A DNA stretch of 63,248 nt, the filler included, from Octopus bimaculoides (lineage: Eukaryota): NCBI RefSeq assembly GCF_001194135.2. It is 5 parts of 5 records of this genome, joined end to end, with 100 filler letters (N's around TTAATTAATTAA, not from the genome) between each part and the next. Parts side by side here need not be neighbours in the genome. Positions count along the whole stretch, not along the records: positions 26,769 to 47,085 come from NC_069007.1; positions 47,186 to 61,642 come from NC_068993.1; 3 more parts are not named here. One strand, written 5' to 3'. The position numbers and the translations under genes were made by a program. Positions 38,183 through 50,470 of the stretch are shown here, in pieces. Every line of letters begins with the position of its first letter. Within the stretch, counting starts at the first letter, position 1. Below the pieces are notes generated by a model. The model searched no databases and was not told the DNA's origin. It saw nothing but the letters and a program-made list of their open reading frames with translations.

Positions 38183-38240
38183 AACAACAAACAAGATGAG
38201 GACAAATATCCGTCAATTGTAAATAATGTAAATAATGTGC

Positions 38241-38628
38241 GTGGAGGCGCAATGGCCCAGTGGTTAGGGCAGCGGACTCGCGGTCATAGGATCACAGTTT
38301 CGATTCCCAGACTGGGCATTGTGAGTGTTTATTGAGCGAAAACATCTAAAGCTCCACGAGGCTCCGGCAGGGGATGGTGGCGAACCCTGCTGTACTCTTT
38401 CACCACAACTTTCTCTCACTTTTACTTCCTGTTTCTGTTGTGCCTGTAATTCAAAGGGTCAGCCTTGTCACACTGTGTCACGCTGAATATCCCCAGGAAC
38501 TACATTAAGGGTACACGTGTCTGTGGAGTACTCAGCCACTTGCACATTAATTTCACGAGCAGGCTGTTCCGTTGATCGGATCAACTGGAACCCTCAATGT
38601 CATAAGTGATGGAGTGCCAACAACAACA
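38241..38628 (+). mobile_element. SINE family D, full length, 11-bp TSD
   Basis: A box tggcccagtgg, B box gtttcgattcc; TSD aaataatgtgc at 38230-38240 and 38629-38639; (CAA)n tail. Relatives at 5805, 31379, 46185, 52950, 62590(-). Confidence 0.9.
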
Positions 38629-40332
38629 AAATAATGTGCATTTATGAAATTCAGAAATTTTGTGTTCGTGTCCAGTATGTTGTTAGACAACTAGAAGAGA
38701 GGCACTCCTCAGCTTTTGTTAAAGCATGTTTCTAGAAGGTCACTTTGACATAAAACCAGACATACAGGAAATGGCGTTTGACATCTTGGAGAGCTTTTGC
38801 TTGAGCTTCAGATCATGGCACTCCCAGAATCTTGAGCCTGTGACCAATATTGGCACTGAATATCTTGCCCCCAGCTTGTCTCTGGAATATGTCATTGGGG
38901 TGGAGAGGGTCTCGGGTGCTGAGCAAGCCTTACTGGCCCTAAAATTTTGCCTAAGCATTGCTGACATTTTGCATGGGTAATGGTCAGTGGTGGTCGTCCT
39001 TGATCTCAAGTGGACAGCCATCATGTACACACTGTCATCATCATCATCCACAACATTTTATGTCTGTATTAATTATCAAAATGATGAAGAATTTAGTAAA
39101 ATAACTTTATTACCATTAAGCTCGGGTTTGGAACACAAAGATTAAACCAATACTTCACTGTTTCTGTCATATAACCAGATATCATTATAAGAGACAGGTT
39201 GAGAACCACTGCTATAAGGCATTTAACCTTTTTTGCTAGCATATTTCTGTAGAAATACACTGCTTTTGCCAGGGGCCACGTCACATAGGTTGGTATCAAA
39301 AGGGCTAATCAAGGTCTTTCACACAGACCCAAGTTCACACACACACTCACACAAGGACGACAAGAGAATATAAAAAGAAAAACAGCAAAAAAAAAAAACA
39401 TTAAGCCAAAGACAATTCACAGTTGACCCTTTTGTTACCATGTTTCTGTTGTAATTCACTGCATTTGTAGAATTTAGTAGAATTTCATACGATAACTGTC
39501 ATTATTAATCTGTAGGTGTAAGGCGGCAGGCTGGCAGAATCGTTAGCAGGCTGGCAGAATCGTTAGCAGGCTGGCAGAATCGTTNNNNNNNNNNNNNNNN
39601 NNNNNNNNNNNNNNNNNNNNNNNNNNNNNNNNNNNNNNNNNNNNNNNNNNNNNNNNNNNNNNNNNNNNNNNNNNNNNNNNNNNNNNNNNNNNNNNNNNNN
39701 NNNNNNNNNNNNNNNNNNNNNNNNNNNNNNNNNNNNNNNNNNNNNNNNNNNNNNNNNNNNNNNNNNNNNNNNNNNNNNNNNNNNNNNNNNNNNNNNNNNN
39801 NNNNNNNNNNNNNNNNNNNNNNNNNNNNNNNNNNNNNNNNNNNNNNNNNNNNNNNNNNNNNNNNNNNNNNNNTTACGTTCTGAGTTCAAATTCTGCCAAG
39901 GTCGACTTTGCCTTTCATCCCTTTGGGGGGGGGGGTCGACAAATTAAGTACCAGTTGTGTTCTGGGGTTGATCTAATTGACTAGCCTCCCCCCCTCCCCA
40001 AAAATTTAGGGCCTTGTGCCTAGAGTAGAAAAGAATATGCTTAGTGGCATTTCATCTGTCTGCACATTCTGAGTTCAAATCCCTTTGAGGTTGATTTCGC
40101 TTTCCATTCTTCTGGGGTTGATAAAATAAGTACCCATTGAGTACTGGGTTGATGTAATTAACTTACCCACCTCTCCTGAAATTGCTGGCCTTGTGCCAAA
40201 ATTTGAAACCGTTATTAATCTGGTGGCAGTGTATTTCAACAGAAATACAATAACTAAAGGTTAGTTAAACCCTTATGGTAATCAACCTGCCTGGGTTAGA
40301 TGCATCGGGTCATCACAGACACGGTCACTCAC

Positions 40333-40412
40333 CTTGTTGGGCACTTCCTCAGATACTAAGAATGCTTTCTGATGAACCAGAGAACAGTAAGCAATTTTGG
40401 CTAAAGAACCTC
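40333..40412 (-). CDS. PANK4: PANK4 coding exon 2 (80 nt): (G)GSLAKIAYCSLVHQKAFLVSEEVPNK
   Basis: Acceptor ttttgttttcag, donor AAG|GTGAGT; completes the DIGGSLxK motif; phase 1 to 0. Confidence 0.93.
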
Positions 40413-40956
40413 CTGAAAACAAAAAAAAAAATGAAATAAAAATATAAAAATAAAGAAAGCAATAAACATGATGTCACACATGCGTGTGTGTGTGTGTAAG
40501 CCTCTAAGTGTATATGTGAGGCACATATACACTTATATACACATATTCTCACATATACATATACTCTCACAGATACACAAACATGCACACACATATACAT
40601 ACACACTTACACATACACAAACATTCGCACACTTTCACACATACAGACATACCCACACATACTCTCACATATACGCAAGACATTCCCTCACAAACACAAA
40701 TACATACGCAGGCACACACAAACACACACACAGACTGACAGTCACGTGTACACAGACATAGATGCATACACATGTACACTCGAACATCGACATACACTCA
40801 CACATGCTCACCACACACATACACATATACACCACACAAGACATTCTCTCACAAACAGACACATACACTTACACACACACCCTTCCAAATACACACACAC
40901 ACACACACAAATCCCCTCTGATACAAAACATAAACCTATAATCATTCTCGACTTAC

Positions 40957-41140
40957 CGATATCTATGGCAATGCGTTGCACATTCTTCAGATTTTTGAAG
41001 ACTTTTTCAGATGGCAACTCAATTGGTTTGGTTTGTACGGATTCTTCTTGTCTTTGCAACCATGACGACGACGTTGATGATGCTGATGGTGGTGATGATG
41101 ATCCTGCAGTCCCATTGTTATTCTTTTCGTTAGCCGACAT
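40957..41140 (-). CDS. PANK4: PANK4 coding exon 1 (184 nt): MSANEK...PIELPSEKVFKNLKNVQRIAIDI(G)
   Basis: ATG at 41140; translation matches the PANK4 N-terminus (human [23 protein letters not shown]); donor G|GTAAGT, phase 1. An acceptor (atcctttatctcttcag) 12 nt upstream of the ATG implies an upstream exon. Confidence 0.93.
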
Positions 41141-41173
41141 CTTTGTAGATGACTGAAGAGATAAAGGATTTTA

Positions 41174-41224
<51 letters not shown>

Positions 41225-42209
41225 NNNNNNNNNNNNNNNNNNNNNNNNNNNNNNNNNNNNNNNNNNNNNNNNNNNNNNNNNNNNNNNNNNNNNNNNNNNN
41301 NNNNNNNNNNNNNNNNNNNNNNNNNNNNNNNNNNNNNNNNNNNNNNNNNNNNNNNNNNNNNNNNNNNNNNNNNNNNNNNNNNNNNNNNNNNNNNNNNNNN
41401 NNNNNNNNNNNNNNNNNNNNNNNNNNNNNNNNNNNNNNNNNNNNNNNNNNNNNNNNNNNNNNNNNNNNNNNNNNNNNNNNNNNNNNNNNNNNNNNNNNNN
41501 NNNNNNNNNNNNNNNNNNNNNNNNNNNNNNNNNNNNNNNNNNNNNNNNNNNNNNNNNNNNNNNNNNNNNNNNNNNNNNNNNNNNNNNNNNNNNNNNNNNN
41601 NNNNNNNNNNNNNNNNNNNNNNNNNNNNNNNNNNNNNNNNNNNNNNNNNNNNNNNNNNNNNNNNNNNNNNNNNNNNNNNNNNNNNNNNNNNNNNNNNNNN
41701 NNNNNNNNNNNNNNNNNNNNNNNNNNNNNNNNNNNNNNNNNNNNNNNNNNNNNNNNNNNNNNNNNNNNNNNNNNNNNNNNNNNNNNNNNNNNNNNNNNNN
41801 NNNNNNNNNNNNNNNNNNNNNNNNNNNNNNNNNNNNNNNNNNNNNNNNNNNNNNNNNNNNNNNNNNNNNNNNNNNNNNNNNNNNNNNNNNNNNNNNNNNN
41901 NNNNNNNNNNNNNNNNNNNNNNNNNNNNNNNNNNNNNNNNNNNNNNNNNNNNNNNNNNNNNNNNNNNNNNNNNNNNNNNNNNNNNNNNNNNNNNNNNNNN
42001 NNNNNNNNNNNNNNNNNNNNNNNNNNNNNNNNNNNNNNNNNNNNNNNNNNNNNNNNNNNNNNNNNNNNNNNNNNNNNNNNNNNNNNNNNNNNNNNNNNNN
42101 NNNNNNNNAGGCAGGCAGGTAGGTAGGTAGGTAGGTAGGTAGGTAGGCAAGCAGACAGATAGATATGTACATACATACATATACATAGCTGCTATACATG
42201 TATAGACAG

Positions 42210-42242
<33 letters not shown>

Positions 42243-42732
42243 TATGAACTTAGTTTGTGTAATCTTAATTGTTCTAAACAAAGATATTTAATCATCGTTA
42301 GTGCACAATGACTCAACAGGTAGTGAAAGCAATGACTCTATATTTGATAATTCAACATACAACAACCATTGACCTTGAAAACATTACATCAAGAAAATGC
42401 AGAATATTTGATAAGATATATTTAATATATGGAGAACTGTATCAGCACAGATGTGGTTGTGTGGTAAGAAGCTTGCTTCCCAACCACATGGTTCCAGGTT
42501 CAGTCCCACTGTATGGTATCTTGGGTAAATGACTTCTACTATAGCCCCTGGCCAACCAAAGTTTTGAGATTGGATTTGTTCAATGAAATGTACTCCCTCA
42601 ATTCCCTTTATCCCTTTCATTACCATATTTTTTTTTTTAGATGCTCTGTGTTTCTTTCAATTAATTTTAAATATAACAAAGAATTTAGTAAAATAACTTA
42701 GTTATCATTAATATATATATATNNNNNNNNNN

Positions 42733-42770
<38 letters not shown>

Positions 42771-42774
42771 GGCT

Positions 42775-43625
42775 ACTGACCAGATCTGTGGATGGTGCAA
42801 AGTCCCCTCTCGACCCAAGGTAACATGGTGGTGGAACAATGTAGTTGACAGGGCCATTAGGGATAAGAAATAGGCAAGAACTGAGGGGTTATTAACCTGA
42901 GCCAGGGCCTGCTTGATGATTAGGTTTAGCTCGGCGTGACAAGTGTAACAACAAGCATTTAGGTGGAAAGACAGACCTTGAAGACCTGTGGGATTGAGGG
43001 GCCTACCACAACGGCATTTCAGTCCCCTACAGACATCAGCTCCCACTCTCGGTGTAGTGGAGATGCAGAGCTCATTTAGACTAAGTAGACCTCCAATGTT
43101 GGCCACAGACAGGGCATCAATTAGCTGAACATAGGCAACACCTTGAAAATTGATCAGATCAATCAAAGAGAGAGTTGAAAGTGGCACCTGAATGCAAATT
43201 GTCCCATTCTCTCTGCTCCTGTCTATCCTCAACTGTAACAAAAACTGACAGACCCAGCTCTCTCCACTGTATCAGAGCTTCATCCATCTCTCTGTTGGAA
43301 TTAGTCTATGTTGGAGAGGAGAGGACAATGCCTACCAAAGGGGAGCAAGCGTGGATGGCGGTAAAAAAAAAGACAGGGAAGAGATAAAGACGAGCACTTG
43401 CGCAGACCTAGATCCCCAAACCGTTTGGTCAAAGCAGCTTGGCTGTGGGATCTCTGGGGGAGAGTTTGACATTTTCCAAGCATTCGAGTTTGCTGAATAT
43501 TAGATCGTCAAAGCATTGGAGAGACGACGGGAATCTATAAAAGGGACTAATTCTCAGAAAATACAATAGCTTAGGAATTGACAAGTAATTCCTAAGTATG
43601 AAAAAAGAAACCTTGGTGGAGCTCA
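42775..43625 (-). mobile_element. CRE-clade non-LTR retrotransposon fragment, degraded
   Basis: Frameshifted translations PKLLYFLRISP..FDDLI..LE..NV and VGADVCRGLKCRCGRPLNPTGLQGLS..HAELNLIIKQALAQVNNPSVL resemble the CRE post-RT, CxC/HxxxC zinc-knuckle and RLE region. Confidence 0.7.
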
Positions 43626-43780
43626 ATTACCTCAAGGTTTTTTTTGTTTTGTTTTTTGTTGTTGTTTTTTTTAAGTTAGAAACAAAAAGAAAAAATAAAC
43701 AATTATCTACAATTATGAACTTCGAAACCTAAAGTATCACTGAGTCAGTAGACTATAAAAATAATATATATTATACATAT

Positions 43781-43900
43781 TAATAATGGGCGGAGGTAAA
43801 GAATACGCACCCCACCCGTTTTTGGCGTAACCCTAACAGGAAATGTAACCTTAACCTCTAATCACCAGGTGTGCGTATTCTTTACCTTCGCCTAATAACG
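43781..43900. mobile_element. 104-bp MITE with 22-bp TIRs and 8-bp TSD (Merlin- or hAT-like)
   Basis: TIRs 43789-43810 and 43871-43892 (21/22); flanks taataatg and taataacg; GG termini; internal TAACC(C/T) repeats. Confidence 0.7.
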
Positions 43901-45008
43901 TATGTATATATATGTGTGTATATATATATGTTATACATAGTAATAATGTGTGTGTGTGTACAACAGGCTTCTTTCGGTTTCCATCTACCAAATCTATTCA
44001 CAGCCATGCCTGTCTGTATTATGCATTTATTTACTGCTACGTGTATGTGTGTGTTTGTCTACAGCTATGTGTATGTATGTGTCTGAATCTGCATATGAAT
44101 GTGTGCGAATATTTTAATCGGCATATTTATCGTATAAACATTATATATACAACGTTGACCATTGCGTATTTATCTTTTCTATGCGTATGAATATGCATCG
44201 GTATTGCATATGTATGTCTACGAGTACGTTGGTAATTATTTATTTAGCACTGCGCATGTACATGTATGAATATGTGTTTGTCTCATTATGTATTTATCTA
44301 TCTAAAAATGTCTCAGCACCTAGCCTTTAATCTGTTACAGTGACTATGCCTAATGCCACGCTGGAGCACGATTTACAGAGCTCTGAATTATAGTCGTAGT
44401 CCAATAACTCGAAGAAAAGACTTGAAGAGTAAACGGTATTCATTCATGTCTACCCTTCTTGTTTATTCAAAGAATAAATTCAAATTACTCAAGATTATCA
44501 ATTGCTATTCTTTATTTTTCTATTTAGTAAGCCCTCGTTCTATCTTGCTCTCATTCCCTCTACCTGTCCGTAGTTCTAGTTCTAGCTGGCGATCTCTGGC
44601 TTTTTGTTTTGTAAAGACATCCTATTGTTCTGTCTATCTATCCATCTATCTATTTATTTATCTATCTATCTATCTATTTCCTTCTGTTTATCTATCAACC
44701 TACATACACATCTATCAATTTATGTATCTATCTTTCCGTATGTCTATCGTGCTAACAGTTTATCCATCGATCTATCTATCGGTCCACCGTCAATCTATCC
44801 ATCCATATATCAATCTTTCTATAAATATTAAGCCATCTCCTATTCTATCTTTACCAAAGCCTTGTCAGCTGGTGCGTGCACATACGCACACATGCATTAT
44901 CAAAGCTAGATGCACACTAAGTGCATGCATGCATGCATACATCAACCTCAAAACCAACACAATAATACAACGTAGCAATATTTAACAACACAGGGAAGAT
45001 GGCCTTAC

Positions 45009-45120
45009 CTGCTGGTGTAGGCGAGGTCAGTGTTACGTTAGGACACGCTGAATAGCCAAAACATCTCCTCGACACATACCGCGACAAGGATAACAGTTGG
45101 GGTAGAGACGATGCTTGATG
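45009..45120 (-). promoter_or_regulatory. Candidate upstream 5'UTR exon of PANK4 (5' end undefined)
   Basis: CpG-rich unique sequence ending in CAG|GTAAGG at 45009/45008, upstream of the acceptor at 41153; no transcript evidence. Confidence 0.3.
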
Positions 45121-45251
45121 CTAATGTTGACGATAGGGTGTTGGTAGCTGATGGTTTATGGTTGATGTTGCTATTGATGTTAGCAGTGTTGGTTGGTGGT
45201 TGTTCCGTTTCTCGAAAGGGCAGAATCGAAAGTAAAGTGTAAATAAAAATA

Positions 45252-45307
<56 letters not shown>

Positions 45308-47085
45308 TGTCAGTCGTCGTTAATAATAATAATAATAGTAGAGACACATCAGAAGTGCTACTGTCCTGCAGTGACGACGATATAAAGGCGAGGAAGCAGA
45401 TAAATAAATGAAGAGAGAGAAAAATAACAAGAGACGATCAGAGATGAATGGAGGTTAAATAGTGGAAAAAANNNNNNNNNNNNNNNNNNNNNNNNNNNNN
45501 NNNNNNNNNNNNNNNNNNNNNNNNNNNNNNNNNNNNNNNNNNNNNNNNNNNNNNNNNNNNNNNNNNNNNNNNNNNNNNNNNNNNNNNNNNNNNNNNNNNN
45601 NNNNNNNNNNNNNNNNNNNNNNNNNNNNNNNNNNNNNNNNNNNNNNNNNNNNNNNNNNNNNNNNNNNNNNNNNNNNNNNNNNNNNNNNNNNNNNNNNNNN
45701 NNNNNNNNNNNNNNNNNNNNNNNNNNNNNNNNNNNNNNNNNNNNNNNNNNNNNNNNNNNNNNNNNNNNNNNNNNNNNNNNNNNNNNNNNNNNNNNNNNNN
45801 NNNNNNNNNNNNNNNNNNNNNNNNNNNNNNNNNNNNNNNNNNNNNNNNNNNNNNNNNNNNNNNNNNNNNCAAAAGTCTGAAACATATCCAATTAGTCTCT
45901 TTTATCCCCAAACTGCTAAATCACAAGGGACGTAAACAAATCATCACCGGATGTCAAGCGATAGTGGCGTAAACTAACACAAATGAAGGCAAGCGCGTAC
46001 ACCACCACACACATACATTCATATATCGTCGTCATCTTCCTTTGAATGTCCACTTTTCCATGCTTTCATAGAATATAAGCAATTAAAAGAAATCCTCACT
46101 CTGGAGGGGTGAGTGAAAGTTTTGGACAATATAAGCCACGTAGATTAAAGTGGTCTTTAAAGGAATAGAGACATTTTGGTATTTGGTGTGGCTAAGTGGT
46201 TAGGATACTCAGCTCAAGATGATAAGATCGTGAGTTCAATACCTGGCTGTGATGTGTTCTTGGGCATGATATTTTATTAGACGTTGCTCCTGTCCACCAA
46301 CTGGTAAAAATGAGTTGTACCTGTATTTCAAAGGGTCAGTTTTATCACATTGTGTGCCAAGCTGAATCTCCCTGAGAACTACATAAAAGATACGCATGTC
46401 TGCAGAGTACTCGGCCACTTGCTCGTTAATTTAATGAGCAGGCTGTTCCATTGATTAGATCAAGTGGAACGCTCATCGTCATAACCGATGGAGTACCAGT
46501 TATATTTCATTAATGTAGCATTCTCTACTCAGTTGGCAATACTAAGATTAATCAATACACACACACACACACACACACACACACCCACACAGGATAAAGC
46601 TTGTTCCTGAGTCATATAGACTCATAGTGTCATAGTTTCTTTGATGTATATATTCCCCCTGGACAAGATGTCAGTCCCTCACAGGTAATTTTGCCAGCTG
46701 AGTGGACTGAACCTACATGAAATGAAGTGTTTTGCTCAAGAACACAACACATCGCCTGGTCCAAGAATTGAAACCACGATCTTACAAATTATGAGTCCAA
46801 TACTCTAACCATTAAGCCATGCACCTCTACTCATATATATATATATATATCTTCAAAACGCCTAGTTTAGAATAGAGGCAGGTGATGAAGGAAAAGTTCC
46901 ATAAGTGGCTTGTTTGTTTTCCTATGTGTTCGTTCTGTTGTCTGTAAACAAAGTCCGTTTTTGTGCTTTATGTTCCCGTTCATTTTTTGACGTCCTGTAC
47001 CCGGATATGCATCTATATATACATGTAGATGTAGGTATGTACATATATGTATGTATATATGCATATGCTCATATATCATTTGTAT

Positions 47086-47185
47086 NNNNNNNNNNNNNNN
47101 NNNNNNNNNNNNNNNNNNNNNNNNNNNNNTTAATTAATTAANNNNNNNNNNNNNNNNNNNNNNNNNNNNNNNNNNNNNNNNNNNN
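47086..47185. other. Synthetic gap spacer
   Basis: 44 N + TTAATTAATTAA + 44 N. Confidence 0.95.
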
Positions 47186-47476
47186 TATCTATCTATCTAT
47201 CTATCTAGATGTATTACTGTGTGATACACGATCCCTATTGATCGGCCTTCCCTTTTTTTTTTTCTTTCGATCCCTTTTGATCGAACTCCCCCTTTTCCCT
47301 TCCTACGATCCCTTTTGATCGACACCACCACCTTTTTTTTTATTTCCCTCCCAAAAAGAAAAGCTCTACATTGTATTTGTCCCATCTTCTTTGAGCCCTG
47401 TGTGGCTAATAAAAGAAATGTATCTAGATGTATACATGTACATACATACATATATTCATACATACAAATATAGGTT

Positions 47477-47527
<51 letters not shown>

Positions 47528-48060
47528 GTGTGTGCGCGCGTGTTAGTGCGTGATTGTGTGTGTGTATGTGTGTATGCATGCCTATATGTATATATTTTTC
47601 ACATCCATAATTTCATTCAACGATTGCTTACAGCATCCTTTTCTCGGATTTACCAAGCGAGAAAAGTTATCAGAGCCTTGCAATTTATTGTTAGCTCGGG
47701 CACTACAAAAGTACCGTTGTAGGTAGACGGCATGTGAAACCTAATCAGCAGGAAACACGGTAACCGTCAGTATTACATTTGCCTTTAAAGTTTATATATA
47801 CAGGAAGAAGACAACAAATGGAAAATTTGACATACCTATATATATATATTATTTTAAAAAACGTGTAGTAAATAAACAAACGAACATATACTAAATGCAC
47901 AGGCGAACAGAAAACAATTAATATATGTTTATTTGTTTATTTACTACATATTTTTGGGGATTATATCTAGGTATGTCAAATTTTCTATTTGTTGGTTTCT
48001 TTATATTTATTCCTGAAAATGTTATTTATGTAACGCACGCACTCCTTAATTTTTTACCTA

Positions 48061-48098
<38 letters not shown>

Positions 48099-48759
48099 TT
48101 AAAACAGTAAGGTAAAAAATTGGATATGAATTAATATCAATTTAATACCAGTCCACGAGTGGTCTCCTTTATATATACATACTCTTTTTTTTATACTTGT
48201 TGCAGTCATTTGACTGCGGCCATGCCTTTTAGTCGAGCAAATCGACCCCAGGACTTATTCTTTGGAAGCCTACTATTTATTGTACACATATGCGTGTGTG
48301 CGTGTTTGTGTATATGAGTGTGTGTGTGTATGCGTATATATACGTCTATTCCTCCAGCTCTCTATCGATCGGCACGTACATATCCGTGTTCATATTCCGC
48401 CATGATCGAATGTGTTTTTCATGGTTTCCAACTCAATAAAATAAGTACCAGCTGAACAATGGCGGCGATATATCAACTCCCCCCGTCCCAGAACATGCTG
48501 GCCTTGTGCCAAAATCTGAAATCCAGATAGGTATAGAATATATACACGTGACTCTGTATATGTGTTTGTATGTACACTGATATAATGTAGATCATATTAA
48601 TATTTCTTATCTTTGTCAATATTACCGTTTGTTATTTATAAAATGATATAGGCTATCGTCATTCTCCCTATATTCCATAGGCATTATTATCGTCAGCGTT
48701 TTCATTCAAATTCTCGTTTCACTTTCATGTGGTGGCAGATTCATAGACATTTTCATCGC

Positions 48760-48857
48760 AATATCATTGTATGGAGGCCATACTTTTTATCGTCTTTGTC
48801 CTCCAAATAAACATTATTACCATCGTTATCGTCGTCACCACCACCACCATCACCACC

Positions 48858-48921
<64 letters not shown>

Positions 48922-50470
48922 TTGTCATCATCATCATTATCATTATCATCATCGTCGTCATCACCATCGTCGTAGTAGTTGTCGTATTCGTCGTTCTTCT
49001 TTGCACCTTCATTATAATCCTCCCTTTCTCTTCTCCCACTCATTACAATCGAATCTTCGATGTCATTAATAGCATCTTCATCACCCCACGCACTCAACAG
49101 CATCGTTAGGCTTACCTCCACCAACGCCAGCGCCAGAGCCAGCGCCAGCGCCATGAAACATCGTTCGAACTGAACATCGTCATCTGCACACTACACGTTT
49201 CATTCACATCTTCATTTTCACATTATCATTATTTCTATTATATCAATATCTTCATTCTCATTATCATTATCATCGCCTTTCTCCTNNNNNNNNNNNNNNN
49301 NNNNNNNNNNNNNNNNNNNNNNNNNNNNNNNNNNNNNNNNNNNNNNNNNNNNNNNNNNNNNNNNNNNNNNNNNNNNNNNNNNNNNNNNNNNNNNNNNNNN
49401 NNNNNNNNNNNNNNNNNNNNNNNNNNNNNNNNNNNNNNNNNNNNNNNNNNNNNNNNNNNNNNNNNNNNNNNNNNNNNNNNNNNNNNNNNNNNNNNNNNNN
49501 NNNNNNNNNNNNNNNNNNNNNNNNNNNNNNNNNNNNNNNNNNNNNNNNNNNNNNNNNNNNNNNNNNNNNNNNNNNNNNNNNNNNNNNNNNNNNNNNNNNN
49601 NNNNNNNNNNNNNNNNNNNNNNNNNNNNNNNNNNNNNNNNNNNNNNNCGTCATCATACTCATATTCTTCATCAACCCCCTCCCCGTCCTCCCCTCCTCCT
49701 CCCTTCTTCCCCTCCTCCTCCTCCTCCTCATTAACATCATCATCGTCGTCGTCGTCGTTGTGGTCATCATAGTCATCATCATCGTCATCCTCATGTCTAT
49801 AATTAGTATCTATCATCTCCTCCTCCTTCCAGTTTTTGCTCCTCCTCATCATAATCTCCAGCATCGGTTGTAATGTGTTCACCCCAACACGACGACGACG
49901 ACGACCACCACCACCACCACCACCACCTTAAGTATCATCGGTGTCATCTTCATCATCCTCTACACTTCATAGATTTCCTTCACATAATCATCGTTACACA
50001 ATCATCATTCTCATATTAGTTAGTAAGATTAGTACGCAAGCAACAGCGTCGTTTTCGTACAAGTCATCACCGCCATCATCGTTATCAGCATCATCATTGT
50101 CGCCGTCACCACCATCATCATCATCATCATCATCACCATCATCTTCACCGCTGCCGTCACCACCAACACCAACACCAGTAGCAAGACCAGCACGTTTATG
50201 ATTAACGCCAACAACACCAACATGAACAACAATAATTCCGACAACATGATCATTATCACGACTACCTCCAACAAAAGCACTAACAGTAGCACCATCATCA
50301 TCATCATCATCAACATCATCATCATCATCATCATCATCTTCATCATCACCATGATGATGATGATGATCATCATCATTATCATCAACTTCGTCATTATCAT
50401 CGTCATCTTCATCATAGCTATCATCATCTTCAACTTCGTCATCATCATAATGGTCGACGTCATCAACACG
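48760..50470. repeat. Compound trinucleotide region (GTC, ATC, CAC, CCT)
   Basis: Directly visible; source of the homopolymer ORFs. Confidence 0.95.

Noticed and set aside
48753-49882. Acidic poly-D/E ORFs resembling nucleolin- or prothymosin-like proteins
   Set aside because: Translations of (GAC/GAT/GAG)n repeats with no flanking domain or splice support.
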